From NCBI RefSeq assembly GCF_020745735.1, contig NC_083435.1:36915090-36979089 (forward strand): a DNA stretch of 64,000 nt, given 5' to 3'. Shown one piece after another: positions 46,471 through 57,539 of this stretch; the stretch's first letter is position 1; each line of letters opens with the position of its first letter. The position numbers and the translations under genes were made by a program. Under the pieces are notes generated by a model, which saw only the letters and a program-made list of their open reading frames with translations, was not told the DNA's origin and ran no database searches. The stretch is from Hemiscyllium ocellatum. Its lineage: Eukaryota.

Positions 46471-46914
46471 GGGCTGAGATATAGGTCCTGCAGCTGTTGT
46501 TTCTGGATTTACAAGTGTTGCCTTTTGCCCTAAAGCACAGAAGTTTGGTTTCTTGGACTCTTCTTGCTTGTGTAACTCGTGCTCCAGATACATTTGTGTC
46601 ATCCACAGCTCTTTTGGGTTTTGTACACATGTACACAATTTCCTTCTTCTTCCTCAGCGGCCACCTCTTGTCTCATAGGCAAAAGTGTGGACTGCAGATG
46701 CTGGAGATCAGAGTCTAGATTAGAGTGGTGCTGGAAAAGCACAGCCGGGCAGGCAATATCCGAGGAGCAGAAAACTTGACTTTTCAGGCAAAAGCTGTTC
46801 ATCAGGAATGAATCTTGCCTCTTAGTTATCATATTCTCCAATCTCAGCTCACCAATTCTTTCTGGTCTTTAATTTGTCAGATCTTGCTCCTCATGCATTG
46901 GATCATAGGATGCT

Positions 46915-47825
46915 CTAAGATTTCTGATATTTAATTAAATGAATGATAGATTTAATTGGATATTTCATTGCAGTCTTGAATTGATGTCTGAACTTGGACT
47001 GAGTCACCACATAAATAAACGTGTTCGTGCAGCAGTTCAGGTTCCGCAGCATATATCCACATTGTTCAAAGATATAAAAAGAATTGTAATCAAAGTGATG
47101 TGTAATATTAAAGAAATACAAAACATTTGCAAACCACAGAAATATGAAGCTGCCAGATATGGTGAAGAGCAACACAATTGATTTCCTTCTACTTTCTATC
47201 TCTGGATCACCGTGATTCTGTCCATTAGTCTGACTCCTCAGTGCCACACGGGCTTGATTGGCCAGTAAAATATACCTGACTGTCAAAACGTTGAGCAACA
47301 AAATTAAAGTGAATGGGATCAATGGGGTTAAAATTTTATCGATCATCTTAAAACCAATCCATCCAGGGTCACTAAAATAGTTTGACTTATCCAAACAGAA
47401 CCATGGCACGTTGTTGATGAACATTTTAGCTTCAAATCTAAAGTAAAAGGGAACATTTTTTGAACAAAGCAGAATGCAGGTTGTCGCTAGTACTGTAAAT
47501 GAAGTTTTCTGGTGGCAATACTTGATTGTAAACTTTCTACAACAAATAGCTACAAATCGGTCAAAGGAGAATGTGACAGTGAACCAGACAGAACAATCAA
47601 TGGCTGCACGATGCAGGACATAGAGAACACTGCACAGAGGAGTAATGTCCAGGAAATGCAGGATTAAACCACTGTTCCTGTAATAATAATAACGAAAACG
47701 CCTCAGTATAATCTCGGTCAGAATGACCATGAGATCCGCTGTTGCCATGGCCACCAGATAGCAAGTCGTACATTTCGAAAGGCCACACTTTCTTCGGGAC
47801 AGAATGCCTATCGCCATTAAATTAA
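46915..47825 (-). CDS. Class A orphan GPCR (GPR139/GPR142-like), exon 2
   Basis: Open frame with NLMAIGIL (TM1), YLVAMATADL (TM2), FSFDRFVAIC (DRY-like), PWFC, SGSFIFLW (TM6) and CCTNTFIY (NPxxY-like); acceptor catttgtgtcttacag at 47826. Confidence 0.95.
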
Positions 47826-48039
47826 CTGTAAGACACAAATGACAGCATAAGCTTAAAAATACTGATCACATATTCTCAGTGTCCATACACAGCTGTTGTG
47901 GCTGTTTATTTACTACTCAAAAATTATTGATTGGAATGATCTCTGAGTTTGCATAATCACAACCACAATATTCAGCCATGTCTATTCTGTTCCTTTCCAA
48001 TGTTAACAAATGTGAGGGCAGGGAAGTTAGGTTATTAAT

Positions 48040-48490
48040 GTTGTGGCTCTGTTCGCCGAGCTGGAAGTTTTTGTTGCAAACGTTTCGTCCCCTGGCTAGG
48101 AGACATCATCAGTGCTGTGGCGCCTCCTGTGAAGCGCTTCTTTGATGTTTCTTTCGGTATTTATAGTGGTCTGTCCTTGCCACTTCTGGGTGTCAGTTTC
48201 AGCTGTCCGCTGTAGTGGTTGGTATATTGGGTCCAGGTCGAAGTGTCTGTTGATGGAGTTTGTGGATGAATGCCATGCTTCTAGGAATTCCCTGGCTGTT
48301 CTCTGTCTGGCTTGCCCTATGATAGTAGTGTTTTCCCAGTCGAATTCATGTTGCTTGTTGTCTGAGTGTATGGCTACTAGGGATAGCTGGTCGTGTCGTT
48401 TTGTGGCTAGCTGATGTTCATGGATGCGGATTGTTAGCTGTCTTCCTGTTTGTCCTATATGTGTTTTGTGCAGTCCTTGCATGGTATTTT
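48040..48490 (-). mobile_element. PLE 3' fragment in the GPCR intron
   Basis: HIGQTGRQLTIRIHEH..HEFDWENTTIIGQARQRTAREFLEAWHS; same family as 18990-19560. Confidence 0.92.
48076..48115 (-). ncRNA. Minimal type I hammerhead ribozyme motif, intact
   Basis: GCA-CTGATGA-T-GTCTCC tagcca GGGGAC-GAAAC-GTT-TGC; 6-bp stem II, stem I GCA/TGC; predicted cut between 48079 and 48078. Confidence 0.78.
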
Positions 48491-48839
48491 GTAAATTAAT
48501 ATTGAATTATTAATTATTAATATTGAAACAATGCTGAGAGATTTGGATGAAATACTGAATGCTAGTGAAGACCAATTGGATTCCTAGACATGGTGCAATA
48601 ATATGCAAGAATAATGACAAAATCTGCAACAGGATAATGGATTGTCTAGTCATAAAATTGTAATATTATACAGTCTAGAAATGGCTGTTCAACCTATTGA
48701 TTCTGGACCTTAAAAAAATTCTAAACCTGTGTTGCCTGTGAACGGCCAAGTTTGAACTACCTGCACCATGCTAAATCTCAGCCATAGCACTGTCCAGGAT
48801 TGAACACCCCCACACCACCTAGATTCTGCACCATGTCCA

Positions 48840-49140
48840 CGGGAAGCAATGGCCTAGTGGTGTAATCACTGAACTGTTAATTCAGAGACACAGGTAGTTC
48901 AAATCCCACCATGACAGATGGTGGAATTGGAATTCAACAAAAATCTGGAATTCAGATGATCATGAATCCATTATCGATGGTTGGAAAATCCAATCTGGTT
49001 CACTAACATCCTTCAAGGAATGGAACTGCCATCCTTGTCTGGCCTGCATCTGACTTTAGACCCACTGCAATGTGGTTGACACTTAACTACCCAGTGGGCA
49101 ATAAATGCTGCCCTAGCCAGTGAGGTCCTCATACCCTGAA
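48840..49140 (+). mobile_element. tRNA-derived SINE (DeuSINE/SacSINE1-like)
   Basis: gttcaaatcc B box; ctggttcactaacatcc; tail taaatgctgccctagccagtg...aataaaaaaaa. Confidence 0.75.
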
Positions 49141-49149
49141 TAAAAAAAA

Positions 49150-49530
49150 GTCACTTTCCTTTTACAATCTTCTTGACCCTCACATTGCTTTTAAACCTTT
49201 CCCTCTCGCCTTAAACCACTGCCTTTGTGTTTTGGACTCCCCAACCACGGGGAAAAGACCTTGGCTGTTCACCTTATCTATGCCTCTCACGATTTTATAA
49301 ACTATCATAAGATCACCTGTCAGCCTCCTATGCTCCAGAGATTAAAACAAAAACTTCCCTGCGTATCCAGCCTTCCCTATAACACATACCTTCCAGTCCC
49401 GGTAACATCTTTGTAATTGTTTTTTGCACCCTTTCCAATTTAATAACATCCTTCCCAGAAAAGGGTGCCCAGATTTGTAAGCAGTACCCCAAACGTGGTC
49501 TCACCAATGCCTTGTACAGCTGTCTTGTAC
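49150..49530 (-). mobile_element. Degenerate CR1 3' fragment
   Basis: Similar to 3400-3730. Confidence 0.7.
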
Positions 49531-49869
49531 AGATTTAAAGTTGGACTGTACTGTCTGAAAATACAACTGTGGATGGTAAAAATAAAACCCCGTACTGAAC
49601 CGCAAGGGAATCCAATTTTTTTTAAAATAAATGAACATACAGAGAATTAACAAATCACTCAACAGCTTGGGCAACCTTTTACAACAGAAAAAGGTATCTG
49701 ACAATAATGACAGGAAATGTTCGTAAAGGCAGTTTCAAGTTAATCATACAATTAGAGAAACAAACAGAGGGGAAGGAAAGAACGGCAGTGATTGAAAAGT
49801 CCAGCCCTAACACTAACCCAATAACAAAACAAGGAGAAGGAGAACTATAATGGGAAAGTCGACATTGTC

Positions 49870-50030
49870 CTACCAGGCTGTACTCTCACTCGAGACAGGA
49901 CCGATGGTGGTTTAACCTGAGGGTCACCACACCTCAGACATGGATAGAGGTTCCGAAGGAGAGTCCTTCATGGTAACTCAGCTGGTGTGAGAATAGAATT
50001 CAGGTTGTTGGAAATACTCTGCTTTTCAAA
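49870..50030 (-). mobile_element. SINE fragment
   Basis: Reverse complement related to 30885-31095 (ccttcatggtaac). Confidence 0.55.
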
Positions 50031-51544
50031 AAAAACGAATATGACTGTGAAATAAATAAAAAAAGAAGTTATAAATGCTGACCCAAGAGCAGGTTGGGGA
50101 ATTCTGGGAAGCCATGGATGCCCTGGCCAAAAGGAGAATGCTGCTGTATGATAGAGAACGTTGGGTAGACCCCAAATGGTCTTGGTCGGCCTGTCAGTTG
50201 TGCTGCAACTGGGGCTTCACCCTTCCAAATCCAGCCTGTACCAACCCCACTGGCAATCATCCTGTCTTACCTCACCCAGATTCACTGAAACACACCATCG
50301 AATGAATTCGGAGAAATGGTTGTAAACTGAAGCTTTTATTCTCGTGCTGTGTCTAGCAAATATCTTATGACAAATGGATAGTTATTCTTTATTGGGTTTA
50401 ACGGTTCCATAGTTTCAGAGGCTGAGGAGATGGAGGATGTATTTAAACTTACAAGGAAAATGCAACTAAGGTAAAGACTGATAATTGCAATTAAAGAAAG
50501 GGTTCAGCAAAGAAAAAATCATACTATCTTCAAAATACAACAAAGTGAATTGTGGGTATTCAATATGTTAACGATATATGAAGAAATGAACCAAATTACT
50601 GTTTATCTGAAAGGACGGTTTCAGCCTCTGACAGTGGACAGAAATATGGGATCAGGGTTGTCTCGTATTTCCTTTCATGTATTGGAATCCTGAAGTTGGA
50701 GAGTGAGAGAATAAACCAGGATGTTGTATATTGATGTGGACAGAAGGCAAGGTGTGGGCTGGTGCCTTTCGCTGAAGGTGGTGTATTGCATGAGGAAGCG
50801 GCTGGAGTGAGTTCAATAGAATCAATGACATCAATTTGGGAATGGAGGAGATTGATTGAGAGGACAGGCATCTGGAAACTGGCATGCTGGGCAACCAAGC
50901 AACTATACTCCCTGGGAATAACCGGTGACAGTTAAAAAAAACACTCAGCTATATGTCAGAAAGTAACAAAATATGTGAATGGCAATGTGCTTCTTGATCG
51001 GAAACGTAAAACTTAAATTGAATTAGGAACACGATTAGAATACTGTTTAAAATTAATGAAAACACAGCAAGCTATGATTGACTTACCTACAGCCACCTGA
51101 CATATATGAGAAAGGATATCAAGATCATGGAGAAGGCTGTCATTTGATTTTTTTTTACAGTAATTAAACCAGAATTGCGAGATTATAACGATCAGTTATA
51201 AAATGGAATATTGTTGCCCATGAAGAACCCAGATATCTAATGAAATGTTCAATCGACTTTCCAAGAAAGTGAGAATGAAAACAAAATTTCCCATTGGGTG
51301 GAAATGAGAATATTTATCGAAAGTGCCTGACTCTTGTTACTTGACAGCTACGTAACTGATTAACATAGAAATCTCCACAGAAAAGTCGTGTAAACTGTCT
51401 TGTGAGAGGCAAAACTCGTTCAGAAATGCAATGATCCTCTCACAGTTGCAAAGGGATGACTCTGCCACACTGCTGGGTAGCTGCTGATGCCTTAAGGGAG
51501 AGAAAGGGTTTCAAAATCTCCCATGCTGCCCTGGGTCTCGTTAT

Positions 51545-51760
51545 GTCATGGAGTCATACAGCACGGAATCAAACCCTTCAGTTCAACCAGTCTGTCTGCT
51601 CCTGGTCCAAACTCACGTCGTTATCCAAGTGCCTTTTAAATGATGTAATTGTACCCACATCCATCAATTTCTCAGGAAGTTTATTCTACAATAGAACCAA
51701 CCACTGTGTGAAACATTGGTCCCTCATGTGTTTACTAAATCTCTCTCCTCTCACCTTAAC
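51545..51760 (-). mobile_element. CR1 3' end fragment
   Basis: gagtcatacagcacggaatcaaacccttc... similar to 3210-3450. Confidence 0.75.
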
Positions 51761-53189
51761 ATTTCAATTAGCTCCAAAAACTGAGGACAGCAGTTCCTGC
51801 CAATCCTGCTTCTGTACCATTGAAAACACCCGACAGCAAACATTTGCAATAAGATGCATTCAATAGATAATTTTGAATCATACAGTCCGTAGATGTTACT
51901 ACACATCTCTGGCACATGTGAGTTCTGAATTCGGCTCTCCTGTCTCAGAGGGAGGGACATTAGCACCAAGGCTGTTATGTTTTTAGAATTGATTCACTAG
52001 TTCAGAGTTGATCATCCATGAGTCACTAATGTAATAGATCTGCCTGCCATGCAGTGTGCCATTATCATAACGCCATCGTTATGGTTTAATCAGCTGTTCG
52101 GAAGAATGTACCTGCATAAGTAACAAATGTGTCTAAAAATAAAGTTGAAAGCTAATGCTGTTTGAGAATTGACAGTGCACTAAAACAGCCCATGCTCACA
52201 ATCTGTGCATTAGATTTGAGTGAATGCTTAACTGGACCAATTTTTGAACACAAGAATCAGTCAAGACTGGGAATTCAGCAGATATTCATTCATCTCTGAC
52301 TCCACAACACTTCCCACCATTACTCCAGCACAAGTCACGATTGTAATGACTGGACACCATTTGCCTCAATAGGTTTGTTCCAAATAACACAATGTTTCCT
52401 CAGGACAAAGTAACCACTTGAGGGCACTGCATTAAATTCATTCGTTCACGTTGTCAGTAGTTGCCACTATCTATAGCATAAAATGAAACAGCACACCAAG
52501 TATCCTTCAAAAAAATATCCTTCCCCACCCACAACCTGTACAATAGCAGCAGAAATATGGGACATTGGATGTTACAGGCCAAACCAACGAAACTGTTGGT
52601 CTTAATTTACATGTTGGTCATTTTACTTTCCCACTTTGGATCCAGAAAGCTCGAACTGCAGCCCAAAAAATGACCTATCTTTGGTGACCGTGGACTGCAA
52701 CGTTCCAAAAATGTCCTTCAGATTGAACTTTGAAATTACAAGTCGCGATTGAGAGATGTTAATGTTTCATTAATGCCTGACAAACAGTGAGTAGATGCAA
52801 ACAGTAAAATTGGGTCAGTTGTGTTGGGTGGCTCACTTCAGTTCATAAGCTCCACTCAGTAGAACTTATAATGACAGGTACAATCAGTAACAGTTGGGCA
52901 CAGGGTAAATGTTTCAATGCTGGATTTTTAGCGTTAGAAATGCTCAACGTACTCCAATACCTGTTTGAAGTTTTCTTAACATTATACGACGATCCATCAA
53001 AGATGATTGGTTCTAATCCAGGGAATTATTAAACTGAGATATGATAAAGCATCAACGATAACTCTAGACAGTTTCTTACAGAAAATGATATCAACATCTG
53101 TAAAACTGTTTCATTGTGATATATCATCAGCCACAGATCCAATCCAGATGTAGATAAAACGACACAATCCTTTGGTGAAAGGCACTTAC

Positions 53190-53256
53190 CAGGGACACCA
53201 ATGGCAGCAAGAGCCATATAGTATGTCTTCCTGATGCTGTTAAATGGTTCAAGCAT
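53190..53256 (-). CDS. GPCR exon 1 (MLEPFNSIRKTYYMALAAIGVP)
   Basis: ATG at 53256; 67 nt ending CCT G|gtaagt; phase 1 joins TT at 47825 to give GVP-V-NL, completing TM1; total 325 aa. Confidence 0.85.
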
Positions 53257-54149
53257 TTTCGCTGTGAAGTGATTTGCTTATTCGTGCTGAAGAGATCTCT
53301 CGAGTACAACTCCGAGACAGTTTATTATCAGAACCTTTTCATTTATTCTCGACAGGATCTCCACTGGGACACTGATGTTACCACATTGTTCACACTTATT
53401 TTTAAAGGAGAGCATGCAAATGACGACACCAAATTCTGAGAGAATATATTTTAGCTTTTTGAGACTGAATTGCAATACTTTAATCGCTGATACTTTGGAC
53501 AATACTGAAGATATATATAGATGTTAAAAATACATTTTATTCCCTAAAGAAAAGATCGTTAAATACACACAATAACCAGGTAACATAAGGCCCAATTTTG
53601 TTTTGTTTATGTTCTTATCACAATTACAACCATTGAAAACATCGAATGCCACAATGTCTCTCTGATGTTTTCGGAATCAGGCTGCACATGACAGCAGTAA
53701 AATGTTTCTCTTTCCCTCTTATGTCTCTCTCTCTTTCTCTATCACTCACATTTCCCTTGCTCCATGGGGATCCATTCTCTCACCGTGTTCCCCAAAGGTT
53801 TGCATCGCCCCCAAATTGTGCTTCAGGCAGTTTTACATCCCAGGTTTTTACCCCCTAATTTTGTCCCACCCCCATCACAGTTGCCTGTCTGATGCTCCCT
53901 GAATGGCCTCCATTAATACACAATCCATGGGGACACCCAGTCCACAATGCGCTGCCCTATCATATACTTTGGATTTTCATGCTGTCATAGTGACCTTGAC
54001 AAACTCTCCCTTGTCTCCCTCTGGCCCTGAGGTACACTTCCTGTTCAAACCCTCTTTCCCCTCTCTCTCTCTTCCTGTCCTACTTACACTCACACTCTGA
54101 CCAACTCTCCACCCTTTCTCTGTCCCTTCCTAAATGAACCCAATCTCAT

Positions 54150-54770
54150 CACATTCAGATAAAATATGATTCCAGTCTCATTAGATTCTCACTCAGTATC
54201 ATACTCCACTCCTCATTAACAAAGATCCCAGTCTCGACAGAAACTGAGTGATTACTATCTAGTCAGATCCACACTCGGCGATTCCCTTCTAGTCAGATTG
54301 AGACAAAGAATGATTTCAGTCGAGCCGGGCTCACAGTCAGAATCATCCTGTGCTCATCAGATTGACTTTCAGAATATTTTTGGCCGAGTCAGATTTCCAC
54401 TCAGAATGATGCTGGTCTAATCAGATTCAAATGCAGAATGCTCAGCGTGTATTCAGATTCACACTCACGAGGATTCACACTGTCTCGTGTATTCACATTC
54501 GGAATAATTTCTGAACTAGACAGATTCAGACACAGATTGATTCTGGCCCACTCAGATTCACATTTAGGATGACTGCAGTTTTCCAATCAGAGTCAAATTC
54601 AGAATGATTCCAGTGGAGTCAGATTCATACTCGGAATAATCCCGGTCAAGTTGTATTCTCCCTCACAAGGATGTTGGTCTCATCAGATTCCCACTCAGGA
54701 TGGTTCTCTTCCAGCTGGAGTTACACTCAGCCTGATTCTGATCTGGTGATATTTACACTCACAATTAATG
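54150..54770. repeat. Highly diverged about 32-bp tandem array (continues at 56932-57370)
   Basis: (g/a/t)tcagatt at 54388, 54420 and 54452; consensus about gtcagattcacactcagaatgattccagtc. Confidence 0.75.
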
Positions 54771-54780
54771 TGGTTGTTTT

Positions 54781-56931
54781 TAATTTCAAAAATAGACTTT
54801 ATTCATAAAATATTTTGATGATCTGTACAATTGGTCATGCCATATACATGTAGACATTCCATTTCTTTGCATACAGAGTAATCATTCATATATACGGTCT
54901 GTACATTTACTGTGCATATATTTAGCTGGGGGTGTCAGTGGAGCCCAAATGACTGCATGGGCCCCCTGTTTTTACGCAGGCAGATGTTAAACGGTGGTCT
55001 TTCCCCACCGCGCCTTGGCGGCAGCTGCCCCAAGCTTCAGCGCGTCCCTCAACACGTAGTCCTGGACCTTGGAATGTGTCAGTCTGCAACATTCAGTCGG
55101 GGTCAACTCCTTCAGCTGGAAGATCAACAGGTTTCGGACCACCCAGAGAGCGTCCTTCACCGAGTTGATGATCCTCCAGGCACAGTTGATGCTCGTCTCG
55201 GTGTGCGTCCCGGGGAACAGGCCGTAGAGCACGGAGTCCCGCGTCACGACGCTGCTCGGACGAACCTCGACAAACACCACTGCATTCCTCTCCAGACTTC
55301 CTCTGCTTAGGCACATTCCAGAAGGAGGTGTGTGACAGTCTCGTACCCCCCGCAACTGCTTCGAGGGCAGCGTGCGGTGCGGCTGAGAGTCCGGGCGCGC
55401 ATAAAGGATCTCACAGGCAGAGCCCTTCTCACCACCAGCCAAGCCATGTCTTGGTGCTTGTTGGAACGTTCTGGCGATGGGGCATTCTGCCAAATGGCTT
55501 TGACAGTCTGCTCAGGGAACCGCTCGACAGGATCCGCCCTCTCCTTTTCCCGAAGGGTCTCAAGGACACTAGGTGCTGACCACTTCCTGATGGACTTGTG
55601 GTCAAAGGTGTTTTTCTTCATAAACTTCTCCACGAAGGACAGGTGATACGGAACGGTCCAACAACTTGCAGCGTTCCGCGGCAGCGAGGCCAGGCCCATC
55701 CTTCACAACACCGGGGACAGGTAGAACCTCAGTACGTAGTGACACTTGGTGTTTGCGTACCGGGGATCCACGCACAGCTTGATGCAGCCACACACAAAGG
55801 TGGCCATCAGGGTGAGGGTGGTATTGGGTGTATTTTTTCCCCCCGTTGCCCAGATCTTTGTATAGCGAGTCCCTTTGGACCTGGTCCATCTTTGACCTCC
55901 ATATGAACTGGAAGATGGCCCAGGTGACTGCAGCGGCACAGGTTCTGGGAATAGGTCAGACCTATGCCACGTTTAATAGCAATGACAGTGCCTCACACTT
56001 GATGACCAGGTTTTTTCCTGCGATGGAGAGTGACCGTAGCTTCCATCTGCCCAGTTTCTGCCTCACTTTGCTGATACACTCCTCCAAAGACTTGGCACAC
56101 AACCCAGCACCCCCCCCACCCCCTGAACCAAATACCCAGCACCTTCAGGTGGTCGGTCCTGACGGTGAAGGGGATCGAGGATTGGTCGGCCCAGTTCAGG
56201 AAGAGCATGGCCTCGCACTTGCCTCGGTTTACCTTGGCCCCCGAGGCCCATTCGTACTGGTCACAAATGCACATGAGTCTGTGCACGGACAGTGGATTCG
56301 AGCAGAAAACGGCGACGTCATCCATGTACAGGGAGGCCTAAACCTGCAGGCCCCCACTGCCAGGAATAGTCACCCCTCTCAGGCTCGCATCCTTCCTGAT
56401 GGACTCAGTAAATAGCTCTATGCAGCACACAAACAAGGCAGGAGAGAGAGGGCAGCCCTGCCTGACTCCAGATATGACTGGGAAGCTATCTGATTCCCAC
56501 CCATTGATTGAGACTGCACTGACAATGTTGGTGTAGAGCAGTCTGATCCAATTGCAGATTCCCTCCCCAAAGCCCATTTTGGAGAGAACATCTCTCATAT
56601 ACCTGTGTGATAGCCTGTCAAAGGCTTGCTCCTGGTCCAGGCTGATCAGGCAGGCGTCCAACCCTCTGTCCTGCACGTAGGCGATCGTATCCCTGAGGAG
56701 TGTGAGACTCTCAGCGATCTTCCTGCCCGGCACAGCACAGGTTTGGTCAGGGTGAATCACCGACCCCAGAGCAGACCTGACCCGGTTGGCGATTACCTTT
56801 GACAGGATTTTGTAATCCGCATTCAACAGTGAGATTGGTCTCCAATTTTTGAGTTCCTCCCTCACCCCCTTCCGCTTGTAGATGAGGGTGATGATGCCTT
56901 TCCTCATGGATTCACTCATGGTAACTGCCCG
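54781..56931 (-). mobile_element. Tx1-type LINE, 5'-truncated (RT plus C-terminal zinc finger)
   Basis: KNWRPISLLNADYKILSK, PDQTCAVPGRKI, SLDQEQAFDR, SGVRQGCPLSP, YMDDV, RCPRSSCGGYETVTHLLLEC. Confidence 0.95.
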
Positions 56932-57539
56932 ATCTGGTCTGATTCACACTCAATCATTCGGCACTAGTCAGACTCACTATCAGAGTGATTCTAGAGGAGT
57001 CACATTCACACTCAGAATGGGAACCATCTCATCAGATCCACACTCAAAATGCACCCAGTTTTATCAGACTGAGCCGAAGAATGATTCCGATCTGTCAGAG
57101 TGCCATTCAGCATCATTCTGTGATCCTCAGAGACACTCTCAGGATGCTGCAGGCCTGTCAGATTGACACACAGATTGTTTTTCTACTCAGGTCGTAGTTA
57201 ATCCAGTGAATCAGATTCACATTGGGAATGATTCCAGTCCACTCCGATTCACACTCAGATTGATTCTGATCAAGTCAGACTCACACTCTGAATAATTTGG
57301 CCCAAGTTATATTCTCACTGAGAATGTTTCTGGTGGAATCATGGTCTCACTGAGCATGATTCTGGATGAGTCCGAGTGAAACTGCCAATGTTTCCGATCC
57401 AAACAAAACCAAGTTGGAAACCTGAAACAAAACCAGAAATTGCTGGAAGATCTCAGCAAGTGCTTCAGCATCTGTGGAGAGAAATCAGAGTTAATATTTT
57501 GGGCCCAGTTACTCTTCTTCAGAACTGACTGTATTTGGG

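Noticed and set aside
46636-46655. CTCF-like motif ggccacctcttgtc
   Set aside because: Spacing does not fit the core consensus.
47826-47838. ORF-track start MCLT for the GPCR
   Set aside because: These bases are the intron's polypyrimidine tract and AG; a matching upstream exon exists at 53190-53256.
50075-50305. Second Myb/SANT-like remnant (EAMDALAKRRMLLY)
   Set aside because: Similarity is too short to support a feature call.
50580-50930. Possible L2 endonuclease fragment
   Set aside because: Too degenerate to assign by eye.
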